Shown piece after piece: positions 50,590 through 63,449 of a stretch of 64,000 nt of DNA. The translations under genes and the position numbers were made by a program. The notes under the pieces were generated by a model, which saw only the letters and a program-made list of their open reading frames with translations, ran no database searches and was not told the origin of the DNA. Source of the stretch: Azolla caroliniana (lineage: Eukaryota; Plantae; Polypodiophyta); the NCBI GenBank assembly GCA_043228905.1, contig JBHGNT010000012.1, forward strand, positions 4,030,001 to 4,094,000, given 5' to 3'. How positions within the stretch are numbered: position 1 is the stretch's first letter; the number at the start of each line of letters is the position of its first letter.

Positions 50590-53500
50590 ATTATGTTATC
50601 ACTTCACCACGACATCCAATCATCCTTGGTTTGTCTTGGCTGAAGGCACAAAATCCACTTGTTGATTGGCGCAATCACTCGATTACTTTCTCCCAAACTA
50701 GCTCGGAGGTGCAAGCAATATCTCATGTTGTTGCAAGCGCTCACCCTCCCATTAATGCAGGAATCAGCTCCAAGGCGGATGCTCACATCCCAGTCACAAC
50801 AAGGAAAATAGTGTATAGTGCCTCGTCGAGCAATCCAATGAGGACAACTACTGACTCACTACCATCCAAGTATGAAGACTTCAAGGACGTATTTGAGAAA
50901 AAGAATGTTGATCACTTACCCGAGCATCGATGCTACAACTGTCTAATCGATCTGCAAGAAGGTGCCAGTCCTCCCTTTGGCTCAATTTATGGGTTGTCGG
51001 AACCAGAACTCCAGGCACTCCGAATGTATCTCAATGAGAACCTTGAAAAGGGTTTTATTCAACCCTCAAAATCACCAGCAGGAGCTCCTATTTTGTTCGT
51101 GAAAAAGAAAGATGGATCCTTATGCCTCTGCATCGACTATCGGGTCTTAACAAGATTATTGTTCACAACCGCTACCCACTGCCTCTCATCCTAGAGTTGT
51201 TGGATCGACTCTGGACTAGGAAGATCTTCTCCAAGATTGACCTACGGGGAGCATACAATTTGGTACGGATCAAACTTGGAGATGAATGGAAAACCTCCTT
51301 TAGAACGCACTACGGACATTTCGAGTATAAGGTAATGCCTTTTGGCCTCACTAATGCTCCTGTAGTATTTCAGCATATGATGAATGACATATTCCGAGAA
51401 TATCTAGATCATTTTGTTGTGATCTATCTAGATGATATCTTGGTCTTCTCTTCGAACATCAAGGAGCATACTCGACATGCCAGGTTAGTCCTCACCAAAC
51501 TTCGCGAGCACAGACTCTATGCTAAAAGTGAAAAATGTGAATTTGATCATACTTCTGTAGAGTTTCTTGGGTATGTCATTTCGACACAGGGAATCACAAT
51601 GGACACACAAAAAGTCAAGACTATCCAAGAGTGGGTTGTCCCAACTCGGGTACAAGTTGTGCAATCATTCCTTGGTTTTGCCAATTTTTATCGTCGCTTC
51701 ATCAAAGGATTCTCATTGATCGCACAACCTCTCATTGCTCTTGCCCGCAAGGATGCTACTTTCGAATGAACAACAGCTACCCAAAAGACGTAGTACGACT
51801 TGCTGAAACAAGCCTTTACTATGGCACCAGTTCTTTTACATCCTGACCCAACTAAGCCTTTCCAAGTTGAAACGGATACTTCCGATTTTGCCATTGGGGC
51901 GATCCTCTCCTAGCCAAATGAGGTCGGTGTGATTCACCTGGTGGCTTACGACTCCTGCAAATTCACGGCCCCAAAAATCAACTACCCCATATACAACAAG
52001 GAGCTTCTCGCTATTATTGCTGCGTTTGAAGAATGGAGACCCTATTTAACCAGGGACAACACCGTATCCAAGTGATTACCGATCACAAAAATCTAATATA
52101 CTTTTCTACCACACGAAACTTAAATCGTAGACAGGCACGATGGTCGACCTTCTTGGCAAACTATGATTTTGAGATAATCTTTCGACCCGACGCTCAACAC
52201 GCGATGACCGATGTCTTATCCCATCGATCTGAGTTCGAGCTCACTCCGGAGGATGAAGCCTATGTTTAGCAGTCCTAGAGTTTGTTAAAGCCTAACCAAT
52301 TCTACAACTTCACGACTTTCTTGCTCCAGGATGACTCTTTGCTCAAGCAAAAAGCTAACGCCACTACGACTGACAAGTTCGCCACGGAGGTAAAGTCAAG
52401 TATCACAAACCCCTCTCATGAACCCAAAAGACCTGATTTAGCTCATTTTACAAATCAGGATAATCTTTTGTTTCGAGATAATCTTTTGTGTGTCCCAGAA
52501 GGTCCTTGTCGGACAAGGGTGCTTCACTAGTGTCATGATGATCTACTTGTTGGTCATTTTGGCATTGCGAAAACCTTGGAGTTGATATATCGGGGATACT
52601 GGTGGCCACAACCATGGAAATTGGTCAAAGAGTTCATTAAGTCATGCGACGTTTGTGCTCGCTCTAAAGCATCTCATCATAGACCATATGGTCTCCTTCG
52701 CCCTCTCCCAATCCCCAAACGGCCTTGGGCCTCTCTTTCCATGGACTTCATCACTGACCTTCCCTTTGTTGGTGGTTATGACTCGGTATTCGTCATGGTC
52801 GATCGCTTCACCAAGATGGCTCATTTTGCTCCATGTGCTAAAACCATTACCGGAGAGGAGACAGCCGATTTATTTTTCAAAAATGTGGTTCAACTACATT
52901 GACTCCCAAACGATATCACTTCTGATCGAGGACCATAATTTGTTTCCAATTTCTGGCAGCGCCTTCTGCGAACCTTCAGTTGTACTATGAATCTATCTTC
53001 CGCTTATCATCCGCAAACCGATGGACAAATGGAGCGGGTTAACCAAATCTTGGAACAATACTTGCGGTGCTCTCCTAGTTACCAACAAGACAACTAGGTT
53101 GACCTTCTCCCACTTGCTGAGTTCGCCTACAACAACTCTCTCCATGCATCTACAGAAGTTACTCCATTTTTTGCCAACTACGGTCTCCACCCCCGCTTCA
53201 ACATTTCACTTCCCTCTGACTCTGTCAATCCTTCTGCGGAGGACCGGGCACGTCTCTCGCAGGATGTACATCGTGATCTTTGCTTGGAGCTTAGCCTCAT
53301 TGGCGAACGCTACAAGGAGCAAGCTGATCGTCATCGCTTAGATGCTCCCCAGTTCGAGGTAGGAGACTTTGTTTGGCTTCCCCGTCGCAATATTGCGACC
53401 ACTCGTCCTTGTCCAAAGCTTGATTACAAGAAGTTAGGCCCTTTCTGAATCATTGAGAAAATTGGTGCCATGGCTATCCGCTTAGAGCTACCATCCCACT

Positions 53501-54270
53501 TTCGTATTCATAATGTATTCCATGTCTCCCTTTTAGAACCTCACCATATATCTGAAATCCTCGGTCGACACCCATCTCCTCCACCACCAATCCAACTCTC
53601 AACCGGAGAAGAATATGAAGTTGACCAAATTCTCGTCTCTCGTCTCTTCTGTCGCCAGCTTCAATACCTTGTCCTCTAGAAAGGGTACCCGATCTCCGAA
53701 GCAACATGGGAGCCGGCACATCATCTCAAGCATACCCCAGACATAGTTCGAGCATTTCATGAACGTTATCCACAAAAACCGGCCACGGGTCCAAGGAGGT
53801 GGCCTTAGAGGGAGGATAATTTCATAGACATGATGCCACATGGAATGGTGGGGGTTGAACCCATAACCTTTTGGTCTTATTGGGCAACCTTGACAATTGA
53901 GCTACATCCATCTATGCATTATTGTATTGTGTAAAACTCAACTTATTTCATTATAGATTGATCACTAGAACTTTCAAGAACCTTCTAGAGAATGCATCTT
54001 CATGCACTCTCTAGAAGTTTCCATGCACTCTCTAGAAGTCTTCTAGCTTTCATGCATACCTCCACATTCTTGTATAAATACTAGGGTGCACCTTGATTAC
54101 AATCAAGGTGAACAACACCAGTTACGAAAGCATATACAGTTCTTGTTTATTTGTCTATCCTCTCTCTTGCTTGTTCTCTTGTCTATGCTCTCTCTCCCGC
54201 TATCTCTTAATATTGAGCCTCATCTACTTTTCCTTGACAATCTTGTGATCTTGCTTATGCTCTCACTTTC
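50590..54270 (+). mobile_element. Tcn1-like chromovirus (Ty3/Gypsy), 5'-truncated: PR end, RT, RH, INT, chromodomain, PPT, part of the 3' LTR
   Basis: IILGLSWL, SKSPAGAPILFVKKKDG, IDLRGAYN, MPFGLTNAP, IYLDDILVF, SMDFITDLP, HNVFHVSLL, chromodomain EYEVDQIL...LQYLV; PPT near 53807-53819. Confidence 0.9.
53967..53986. promoter_or_regulatory. Perfect four-unit heat-shock element in the Tcn1 LTR
   Basis: aGAAc-tTTCa-aGAAc-cTTCt; further TCTAGAAG-TTC units downstream; TATAAATA near 54074. Confidence 0.6.
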
Positions 54271-54272
54271 TC

Positions 54273-56300
54273 TTAGTACTTAGCCTTATTCCACCCATTC
54301 GTGACACATGGTGTGTCATCGAGACGCATTCCTACCGTTGCTAAGTAATACATTGCAGAAGCCTTCTTTGCTTTAGCTTCTTCAAACTTAACCTTGACAC
54401 CACCATCACCAAAGTTCTTTGTAAGTGGACTTCTAGTTTCAGTTAAGTAAATATTACCATTTTCCCAATACACCAAGTCTCGATTTTCCATGTCTCTATA
54501 TTCTTCACAATCATGTAATCGATGTTCGAGACTATCGCACCACATGCATCGAGGTCAAAATGGTTCCCTTGACCTCGAAGTCTAACCATTCTCAAGCTTT
54601 CCCACTTTAATTGTTAAATCTTTCATACTTTGAACTAAATCATCAAGCAAAGACTCGCTCTTAGTTCTGATCATTTCTCATGGTTGATGCACCAATTCGT
54701 GTGATGGTTCTCGACCAAGTCTTTGAACTTCAATGTTTTGATCAAGCCGATTCATGATTCCCACATGTGGTATTTGTAGCATTGCACCATTCCTTTGCAT
54801 TCTTTTCATAAATTTATTACAAGCATTTGTTACCCCAATCCAATCTATAGTTATACCATCCTCAGTATTTGGTACTTCAAGCATAAATTCCAATTCTCTT
54901 CTATATCTCTTGTCAACTGCCTGCACAAATAAACCCAACCTTTTGCCAAGACAAAGAATTTCTTTCTTTTGGCTTTAAGTGTCCATACAATCTATCAAAC
55001 TCATTTTTTGTTTCAGCCACAAATAACCCTTTATCTTCTTTTAAGATCCATTCATGGAATGAACGCATAGTAACTCGAGAGAAATCTTCACGAGAATATT
55101 CAAACACAAGGGCTTCTTTGAATGCATTCCAATCCAAACTATGCAATGCTTGTATTTCACGAATTCTATCTCTTAATTCCATGTCCACTAATTTATTCAC
55201 ACCAAACATTTCCATTTCATCATAATATATATTGACATACTTTGAGATATTTGTGTCATCAAACACACCAATCTTCTCTCGGACTTCTCATAAGGCATGA
55301 AATAATTGATCTTGATTCAAGTTTTCAATAAACAACCTTACCGAATCCATTGTACTTGTACGTGCCATGTTGATGTTGATCTTTACTTTAGATGTCTCTT
55401 CTACTTCCCCATTTCACGTTGGGTTCACCAAATTGTGTCGTGGCGTGGCTCGTCTAGAAGCGTAGCGTTGCGCAGACAAAAGATAACATGAAAGTGAGGA
55501 AGGAATCACTGGGATTATGGACGGAAGAGACAAAAGACTAGAGATCGAGTAAATAGAGATCAACAAGATAAGAAATAGAATGATATTTGAAAGGATAAAA
55601 GAGATTTATAATTATTTGACGAAAGAGTTACAAAATGGTTGTGAACGGCGTTGATCCTTCAAACTTTGTCTCACAAAGTAACCGCTCTTCTCATTCTAGA
55701 GAGTAGATCACAATCTTCCCTTCTAGCGTTTGATGAGGGTAAGACTAGAACCTCCGCCCTTTTGTTGTGAGTTGAACACCATGGCTGCCAAACTATTTCT
55801 TTTCTTTTATTGTCTTCCTCTTTCTATCTTATGATATCTCTTATCTAATGTAATTCTATTTGATTTGATTGATATATCATACAATATAGTTCTCCAAATT
55901 TAGAGCTTTAAAAAGCTATGGATAGCTCTCTTCATAGGCTTTCTAATCCATATTTGAACATGATATTTGGCATCCAAACAAATGAGTTATGATCGTTCGT
56001 TGTAGACTGTGTTTTGGTGGCCCGCTTTTTTCTTCTTTTACTTTTCTCCATCTTTCTTGCTTTTAGTTTGACTTATCCTCCAAACCTTAGCTCATGTTCT
56101 TGGCCTCCAGATATGAATGCTCCATACCTTAGATTTTTGTAGTGTCCAATACCTTGAATTCTAAAATCACTTTCACATTTAGCCCTTCCTCGTGCTTCTT
56201 GGTGAACCATTTATGGTGAAACCTAAGTTACCAATAAAACAAAAGACTCTCCTTCGCCTTATTCATGGCTATAGACAAAGAAGGAGAGAAAAAAAGAAAC
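54273..56300 (-). mobile_element. AT-rich distant relative of the Trp-primed Gypsy clade: LTR, PBS, gag
   Basis: PBS TGGTGAACCCAACGTGAA 55413-55430; LTR boundary at 55436; gag FDDTNISKY... and CMWCDSLEHRLHDC; far end uncertain. Confidence 0.7.
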
Positions 56301-56399
56301 AAATTATGTGAGTAAAACCCCCACTAGTCGGTAGGAAAAACCTCACACTCCTAGACACACATCCACACACACATTGACAATTATCATCGCCATCTTTCT

Positions 56400-57880
56400 C
56401 CTTGTCAACACAAAGAAAGTGATTACCACAATTACTATGTCTTTATCAACTCTCCAAACACGAGGGTCATGCGATACATAACTCTTGATAGAAGTAAGCA
56501 TTCAACATATGAATAAATCTTTCGAGCAAGCGAACCTTTTGTACAAATACCTTCAAAGCTTCGAGACTTGTCGGAGTTGTCACCTTTTGAATTACTTTGA
56601 TCTTTGATTCCACGTGAATTCCTTCTTGGCACATGACATTCTCCACACTACCTTGTTTTGTATGTTTGACCATTTCATCTATAATCTCATCTCAAAAAGG
56701 AAGCAAAAATAGATCTTGTTTGGTTGAATCATTCAAGGTTGCAAGTTGATGTCTTTCTCCTTTGGAACCACAACAATAGGTGAGACAAACTTCAAATCCT
56801 CCAACTTGATGTGGTGCTTGATGCCTTCTACTCTTATCTGTGAATAATCATTTATGAATAACTTTGGAAACTTAAAAGAAGAGAAATAAACCTTAGATCC
56901 TCTTCTCCTTGGACATCGTTTGAAATCATCTTCTTTTTCCCTTCTTCAATGACTTCTTCTTCCTCCTTAGACACCATGTGGAATGATTTGATTTCCCTAT
57001 CCCACGAAAATTCATCAATTGTTATGCTTTCCTCTTCTTGCTTGCCATTGTCGATAGATGATTTCTTCTCCTTTGTACATTTGATTAGTTGTGGTGGATC
57101 CTTTGATGGTGATAAGTTCATGATACTCCAATCATGCATTACAAGTAATTCTCTTGGCTCTTGATCAAATTGTTGTTGAAGAGTTGATGCCCACATAACT
57201 TTGTTGCTACTCAATGCAAATCCAAAACACAAATCTTGCACGAACACTTTCATACACTGCAACTTGCCACTTACCAATGCTTTCTTACACGCATTGATCT
57301 CCAAAAGCCAATCTCCAGCTATCACTTCCAGGTTACCTTCTTCATCTTGCAACTCCCTTGTGGGTACTTCACCATCAACAACTTTTTCTATCATATCTTC
57401 CATTTCATCTTGCACATATTCATCATCAACCACTATATCGCTTGTTGTATCAATAATGTCCTCAACATGATGTACATTGGCATCACCATCCATAGCATAG
57501 CTTCTCATAACAATCTCCTTGGATTCGTCTTTCACATCATCATTCTTTATATCATGGTTGTCCTCATGAACTATATGGGGGAACTCCACATTCATCACCT
57601 CTTCTTCTTTGTCTCTAGAATCACCTTCATAAACATCATTATAACTCCAAAAATTAGATTAATGATATGAGGGAACTTGTTGCATCGGACATTGCAAGTA
57701 TGATGGTTGTTGGCTCATGACCGATCCACAATTATTATAGCTTGGATTTATGGTATATGATGTCGATACTCCATATACTTCACCGAATAACAGCTTCTTC
57801 AAGTGTTGATCATAACTTTGACATACTTGAAGCAAATCATGGAAAGACCTTGGGTACTTCATATGCACTTCATATGCACT
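56400..57880 (-). mobile_element. Highly degenerate Gypsy-derived segment (gag-like, acidic linker, RT remnants)
   Basis: VSPIVVVPKE and KIKVIQKVTTPTSLEALKVF...RFI resemble RT/connection motifs; 248-aa acidic ORF 56852-57598. Confidence 0.45.
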
Positions 57881-58801
57881 ACATAATATCGGCAACCTCC
57901 GAATGTTGTCGTCTGGGCTGGTTCCCACACATTTGAATGTACGACATCCAAGATCCCTTTGCTCACATTCCACTCTTTCAGGAATGGATGTCAGTGTTGC
58001 TTTTCGAACTGGCACGCTTCACATACGCCCCTAATCTCCTTTGCAGTAAAGTTCGGGAGTCCGATTACAACTCCTTTCGATTGCATGTTTTGAAGCTTCT
58101 GGAGATTGATGTGGCCAATTCTCTTGTGCCACAAGTTTAGGTCGGTTTCAACTTTGAGAACCTTTTCAAACATGGCCAATTTGACCTTGTTTGATTCGAG
58201 GATAAACATACAGCCTTCACGACGGTCGTGAGCCATGACTCGATCGCCTCTTTCGATAAAGCACCCATCATTGTTGAATCGTATTTGCATTCCTTGTTCG
58301 ACAATCTGGCCGAACGAGACCAGGTTTTTCGTGATAGTAGGAACATGCATTACATTCTTGAGGTAGGTTTGTTTGCCGTTGTTTCCGAATGGGACATTCC
58401 CGACATGCTGTATTGGATGAGTCGTGTCATCGCCTGTTTCGACATATCCGGGATGTTTGGTTTTTCATAATTCCCGAAACCAATCTTCATGAGACGTCAT
58501 GTGGTTGGATGCTCCTGAGTCAACAAACCATAAATTCTCCATGGGCGTGGTTCTTGTTTCACCTTTTGTCGACATTGAATGTGCTTTATGCCTCATCATG
58601 AACATTTCGCTACGATCGTCGTAGTCGGAATTCGATGCGTAGTTCATGAGTTGTCGATTGGTTGAAGCTGACTCTCGCTTCTTCTTTCGGCACTCCTCTT
58701 CGTAATGACCGAGTTTTCCGTAGTATCCGCATTCGATTGGGTTATTATGATTGCTTGGTCCGGCGCGATGACTCCCCCTTCTATTGAACTCTCTAGGACG
58801 G

Positions 58802-59836
58802 TGTCGTGAAAAATCTGTCACTATGTGCGGATCGTGAGGCGGAACCGTCGGGGTTCTGGACCGGAAGGATTCGAAGTTTGCTCTAGCTTTAGCGAGAAAG
58901 TATTTAAGATAGATTGGAAGAGAGAGAGATTGAGATAAAATAGAACCCTTGACTTTAGATTTGAGGAACAAGATATATCATCAATTGGATTACAAATTTT
59001 CTTCTTATTAAATTCTTGATTCATACATAGCTCATTTTTCTTCTTCATCCACTCTTTTATAGATGCCCCCATGCATATGATGCATGTGAGGGTGCAAGAC
59101 ATGAATGTAATGTATAAAATGCATGAGATGCATGTTTGCCATTTGGCACTCATGCGTTACATGTGTTGCATGATAACCATGTCACTCATTCAAGCTCTCA
59201 TGTATGAGAATTTACATGTGAAAGTATAATGATAAAAATATAACTTAAAGAAATGACTTGGCTTTTTCGTTTCACACTGAAAAATCTTCAAGACACCGTG
59301 CTTCGCAATCAACCTATCCGACCAACCCGATCGATCCGTCTATCCGATCCCGTCCATCCCGACTGGTTCGATCTGCATCTGATCTGGTCCGGTTTTGGTT
59401 CTAGTTCCGTTGTCGTCCGTTCTGGTTCCAGTTCTCCAAAACCGTTTTGAACAACTTGGCCACATCCATTCATCCAAGTTATACAACCCAACCTTTTTGT
59501 GTTGCTAACACATAAATGAAATATAAAGAGATATGGCTCTAGTTATATACTCTTGAATCCTGATGTGTCCTATCTATGTGGGATATCTCATAGTTTTGTT
59601 TTCCTCTTCTTCTTCTCAAACTTCACACTCACATAACTTGACACTAAGTTGTCCATTTCACATGTAGTAAAATGCATTCGAAAGCTCTTGAAGACATCCA
59701 TCTTTTCATACCAAGATATTAAACAAATATAAATTAGTATATTCAATATTATTGTTTCATATTGTGTGTGAAGAACCACACTCGATTTTGTATGTTCCTC
59801 GCAATTTTCACACCATTGTCGAAAATCTTCACGACA
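58802..59836 (-). mobile_element. Solo LTR of the Trp-primed Gypsy clade, inserted in Copia gag
   Basis: Termini TGTCGTGAA...TTCACGACA; minus-strand start TGTCGTGAAGATTTTC identical to 26247; flanks ACGG/ATAG (degenerate TSD). Confidence 0.7.
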
Positions 59837-60770
59837 ATAGTTCCTGTCCGCTTGCCATTGGTGGGAGTTATGCTCTTGGGTCTGCCGACTATGACTGCCT
59901 TGTCCGAATCAACCTCTATTTCAGCAGCAAAAATTTCTTCTATCATCCGAATGGGAGTAAAGATATGAACCTCTAGTGTGTTGCTCCTTTGTTAGGCGTG
60001 ATTTTCCTCGACCAACAATATTGATTGGAGATCAAAAAATGAAGGATGGTTCTCCCTTGCAAGGATGGCCGATCTAATCAAGCAAAATCGGGGTGTTATG
60101 CCGCCGAGGTATATTTGCACCATCTCATCATCATCGATGATGACATTGATCGATCCGAGGGCATCCCATAGCTCCTTGATCTTCAAGGTATAGATGTTGA
60201 TTGACATCTCCCTTTGATGAATATTGTTCAGCTCCTGACGAAATTGAAGCTTATGGGCAACCGTATTGGCCACAAAGATCTTCTTGAGATTGGCCCAAGC
60301 TTCTTTCGGTGTTTTCGCCTCTCGAATATAGTCGAGCATGTGATCATGTACGCATGATGCAAGGCAATACAACACATGGCTTGCGGCCTGCTCACAAACA
60401 GGATAATCGGCGTGTGTAGGGTTGGGCTGCATTTCGTGAGCTCCTTCAATATAGCTCTAGTATCCTTGTCCGACAAGGTACTAATGCATCTTGTACTCCC
60501 AAGATGCGAAGTTTGTCCTGTCGAGCTTCTCCGTAGGAAAAGCGCTTCCCATCTGAGTATTCATGATGATTTCTTCTCTGTTTCTTGAATCATGTCTGTT
60601 GATCATCAGTATGTAGTACACCACAGTCGATTAGTCTTGATTAGAAAACCACTCGCTCTGATATTATATAAAGAAAAGCAAGAGTGGTTGTCTACAGCAG
60701 AAGGATTGTGTGTGTGTCTATGTGTGTGAGTATGAGCACGTAAGAGCAAGAGAGAGAGAGAGAGAGAGAT

Positions 60771-61528
60771 TGATTGGAGTTTAAGGGGTCAAACACCATT
60801 GTTACAAGTGACTACTAATCTTTTGTATCATTGTTCTATTGAGTCTCTTGGATGGTTATCATCTAAGGCTGAAGAAGAATGGAAAATACACAAATCTGAT
60901 CATGGGTGGTGGCATATCTTACAACGTAGTTGGCATTCTAAATTGCCACTTGTTGCAAAGGTATTCATTTTGAGAGTTTTGATCGGAGGATTGCCTTTGG
61001 GATTAGCTTTAAAGCGTCGTGGACTAGCAAGGGTACCTGCTTCTTTTGCACAGTTCAGATAGAAGATAGTACTCATCGATTTATACAATGTCCAATTGCT
61101 TGTCAAATTTGGAGTTACATTTCTCAAATTTGGCAAGTTTTATCACAGAGTTATTTGACACCTAGACAATGGGTGTTTGCACAATTTACACAGGCTGACC
61201 CAAAATCAGAGATGAAGATTGTTTTCCTATTTCTGAGATATTGGGGATTGCATCATAATTGGAACATGCGCAACGCTTTTATATTCAATGGTAGACATGG
61301 AGTGAAAGCATATCTACGAAAGTTGAAGGGAGTACTAATGTGGAAATTTTCTTTATTGGAACAAATGGAAATTCTTTCCTCGGTGGAGTGTTCGTCTTGC
61401 CTATTGGCAATTCAACATGTTCCACTACCCATGTAGTGTAGTGTGGTTAGTGTGTGACCATACTCCATTGTCACACGTATTGTAAGTAGTGTTTTTCACA
61501 CACATTTATTAATATAATTGTGTGTTTT

Positions 61529-61529
<1 letters not shown>
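60771..61529 (+). mobile_element. L1-type LINE 3' fragment inserted in the (GA)n tract of the Copia LTR
   Basis: WHSKLP...KVFILRVLIGGLPLG zf-RVT-like and WNMRNAFIFN motifs; (GA)n on both sides. Confidence 0.7.
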
Positions 61530-61531
<2 letters not shown>

Positions 61532-61603
<72 letters not shown>

Positions 61604-61678
61604 TGAGTGAGTGAGTGTGTGTGTGTGTGTGTGAGTGAGTGAGTGAGTGAGTGAGTGAGTGAGTGAGTGAGTGAGAGA
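61532..61678. repeat. Compound (GA)n(GT)n(GAGT)n microsatellite
   Basis: Direct reading. Confidence 0.9.
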
Positions 61679-63449
61679 GCTCTTAGAACAAGAAGGAAAC
61701 TATATATTACATCCAACAGTAACAAAGTTACAAAAGGTTGGTTTAAATACCAACTAAACTAGGGCAAGGGCCCTTTCTACTATTTACAAAACTAGCATGG
61801 CATGTCCATGACCTAGTGTGAAACCTATTCCTATGGGAAATTGAGTTCGATTCTCAACAGACTATAAAATACTACTTCAAATAAAACAACGCAGATGACT
61901 TCTTGTAAATTATCAGTATAGGCTAAATGGTAAGGTTTGAGTGTCATAAGGTGGGGGTTATTGGCTGAAGTCCTCTCTCATCCATGTAATATAACTTTTT
62001 TATTTTTTTTGCCTCTACATATAATGTATAATCTTATCAGAGTGTGTTGTTAATATTATCTTTATGTATAAAATATTATCAAGATTTATTTTATTTTAGT
62101 TACGTATTTATCTTATTATAGACTTTTAATGTGAAGCTTTCGTACTTCAACGTGTGGAGCGCAAGCAAGGCAGGAAGACGCTAAGAGGAGTCAAAGGAAA
62201 GGATCGGCAGACACTAACACAGTGATCTTAGCCTAGTACATAGGCATATTTCGTGGAGTTAGTGTCAATCAATGTTGGGCAAAGTCCCAGGAACAATGTC
62301 AATGTTCCAGTTACATTGGGACTTTTACCGGTCAATGTGGGGGACAGCTGGAATTGATTCCGGCAAGTTTTCTAGTCAACCGGAATCTAACTGGTTCATA
62401 TTTTTGGAACCACCTAGTTATATAATTTGTATTAAAATAAACGTTAAAAAAAGTATTTCCCCTCTTTCCCCCTTTTTCCCTCGTTTTTCTATTTCAATTT
62501 CCCCCCTTTCTAATGAATGAATGCACAAGGTTACAATGTTTATGAAAATCTAAAATCCTTGCATTGTATTGGTTCTCTCACAAAATACTACACTTTCAGA
62601 AGACGGTCGACCAATGGCCATGTGACATTGTTTGCATACTAGTTGTACGATAACACACTTGTGATCCTATTCGTCCCCTTCCATGCTTCATTTGATGTAT
62701 CTATATAACATATGTTATAATGCTTGTAAGTTGTGACATTTGCTATGCAAACTCTAGAACCTTTGTTATTGATTGCTAATTTTTGCATCAATTTAGCCTC
62801 AAGTGAGGTGATCTAGAAGGACTTCACAAGTTATGATGCTTAATTTGATTCATGTTGTATTTGTTGTGAATGAGCTATATTTGGCTTATGTTGTTGGTCA
62901 TGTTTGGTGGTTGATTGTAACAATGTATTCTGATGATTGTCTCTATGGTAGCATCAAATGAGTCTTGCGCATCGCTTCACATTTCTATGCCCAACATGTA
63001 TGGCTTTAGATGTATGAACATCACCATGGCTTCTCGTATTTTCAAAATGTAGACTACAACAAGATCAAAATCATGATTATCTTTTTAGGCTATGATCGAA
63101 GCCAAAACCGTTGGAGATGCGTAATTGGAATTGTAACTAGGCATGAACATCTTACGCCCAAGAGCATTGCTTGGCTTTGATGAATAGGCCGTTGAGTTTC
63201 CTTGTCATGGATATGAAATCGAGGTCAAGAGCAACCTCCTCGATCAATACTCTTGGTGGCTTTGGAGGATTCAAGGCAACTGCCTGGCCCGACCACCAGA
63301 AAGACATGAGGGAAGGTGACTTCTATACATAATGTTCAATTGCATCATTTAGTTTCGTAGTTCACCATGTTCTGGGTTTTCCCTGTTTTTTTGTTTCAAT
63401 TTCCCCCTTTTTTGTTTTATCTCCCTTTGTGTGTGTATGTATGTGCTTT

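Larger units (their letters stand above)
57880..61859 (-). mobile_element. Older, 3'-truncated Copia copy related to 32335-37341, interrupted by a solo LTR and a LINE
   Basis: gag 59992-60560, WFVDSGASNHM, LWHKRIGHIN...CEACQ; degenerate Met PBS 60655-60666; LTR pieces 60667-60770 and ~61530-61859 ending GATTCTCAACA. Confidence 0.8.

Noticed and set aside
50382-50590. N-terminus of the 270-aa ORF 50382-51194
   Set aside because: Chance read-through of LTR and antisense methyltransferase sequence into Tcn1 pol
53841-53911. Functional tRNA gene
   Set aside because: D and anticodon arms are degenerate; kept only as a tRNA-like segment
61900-63420. Possible gene or element
   Set aside because: No recognisable motifs, exon chain or terminal repeats found by eye
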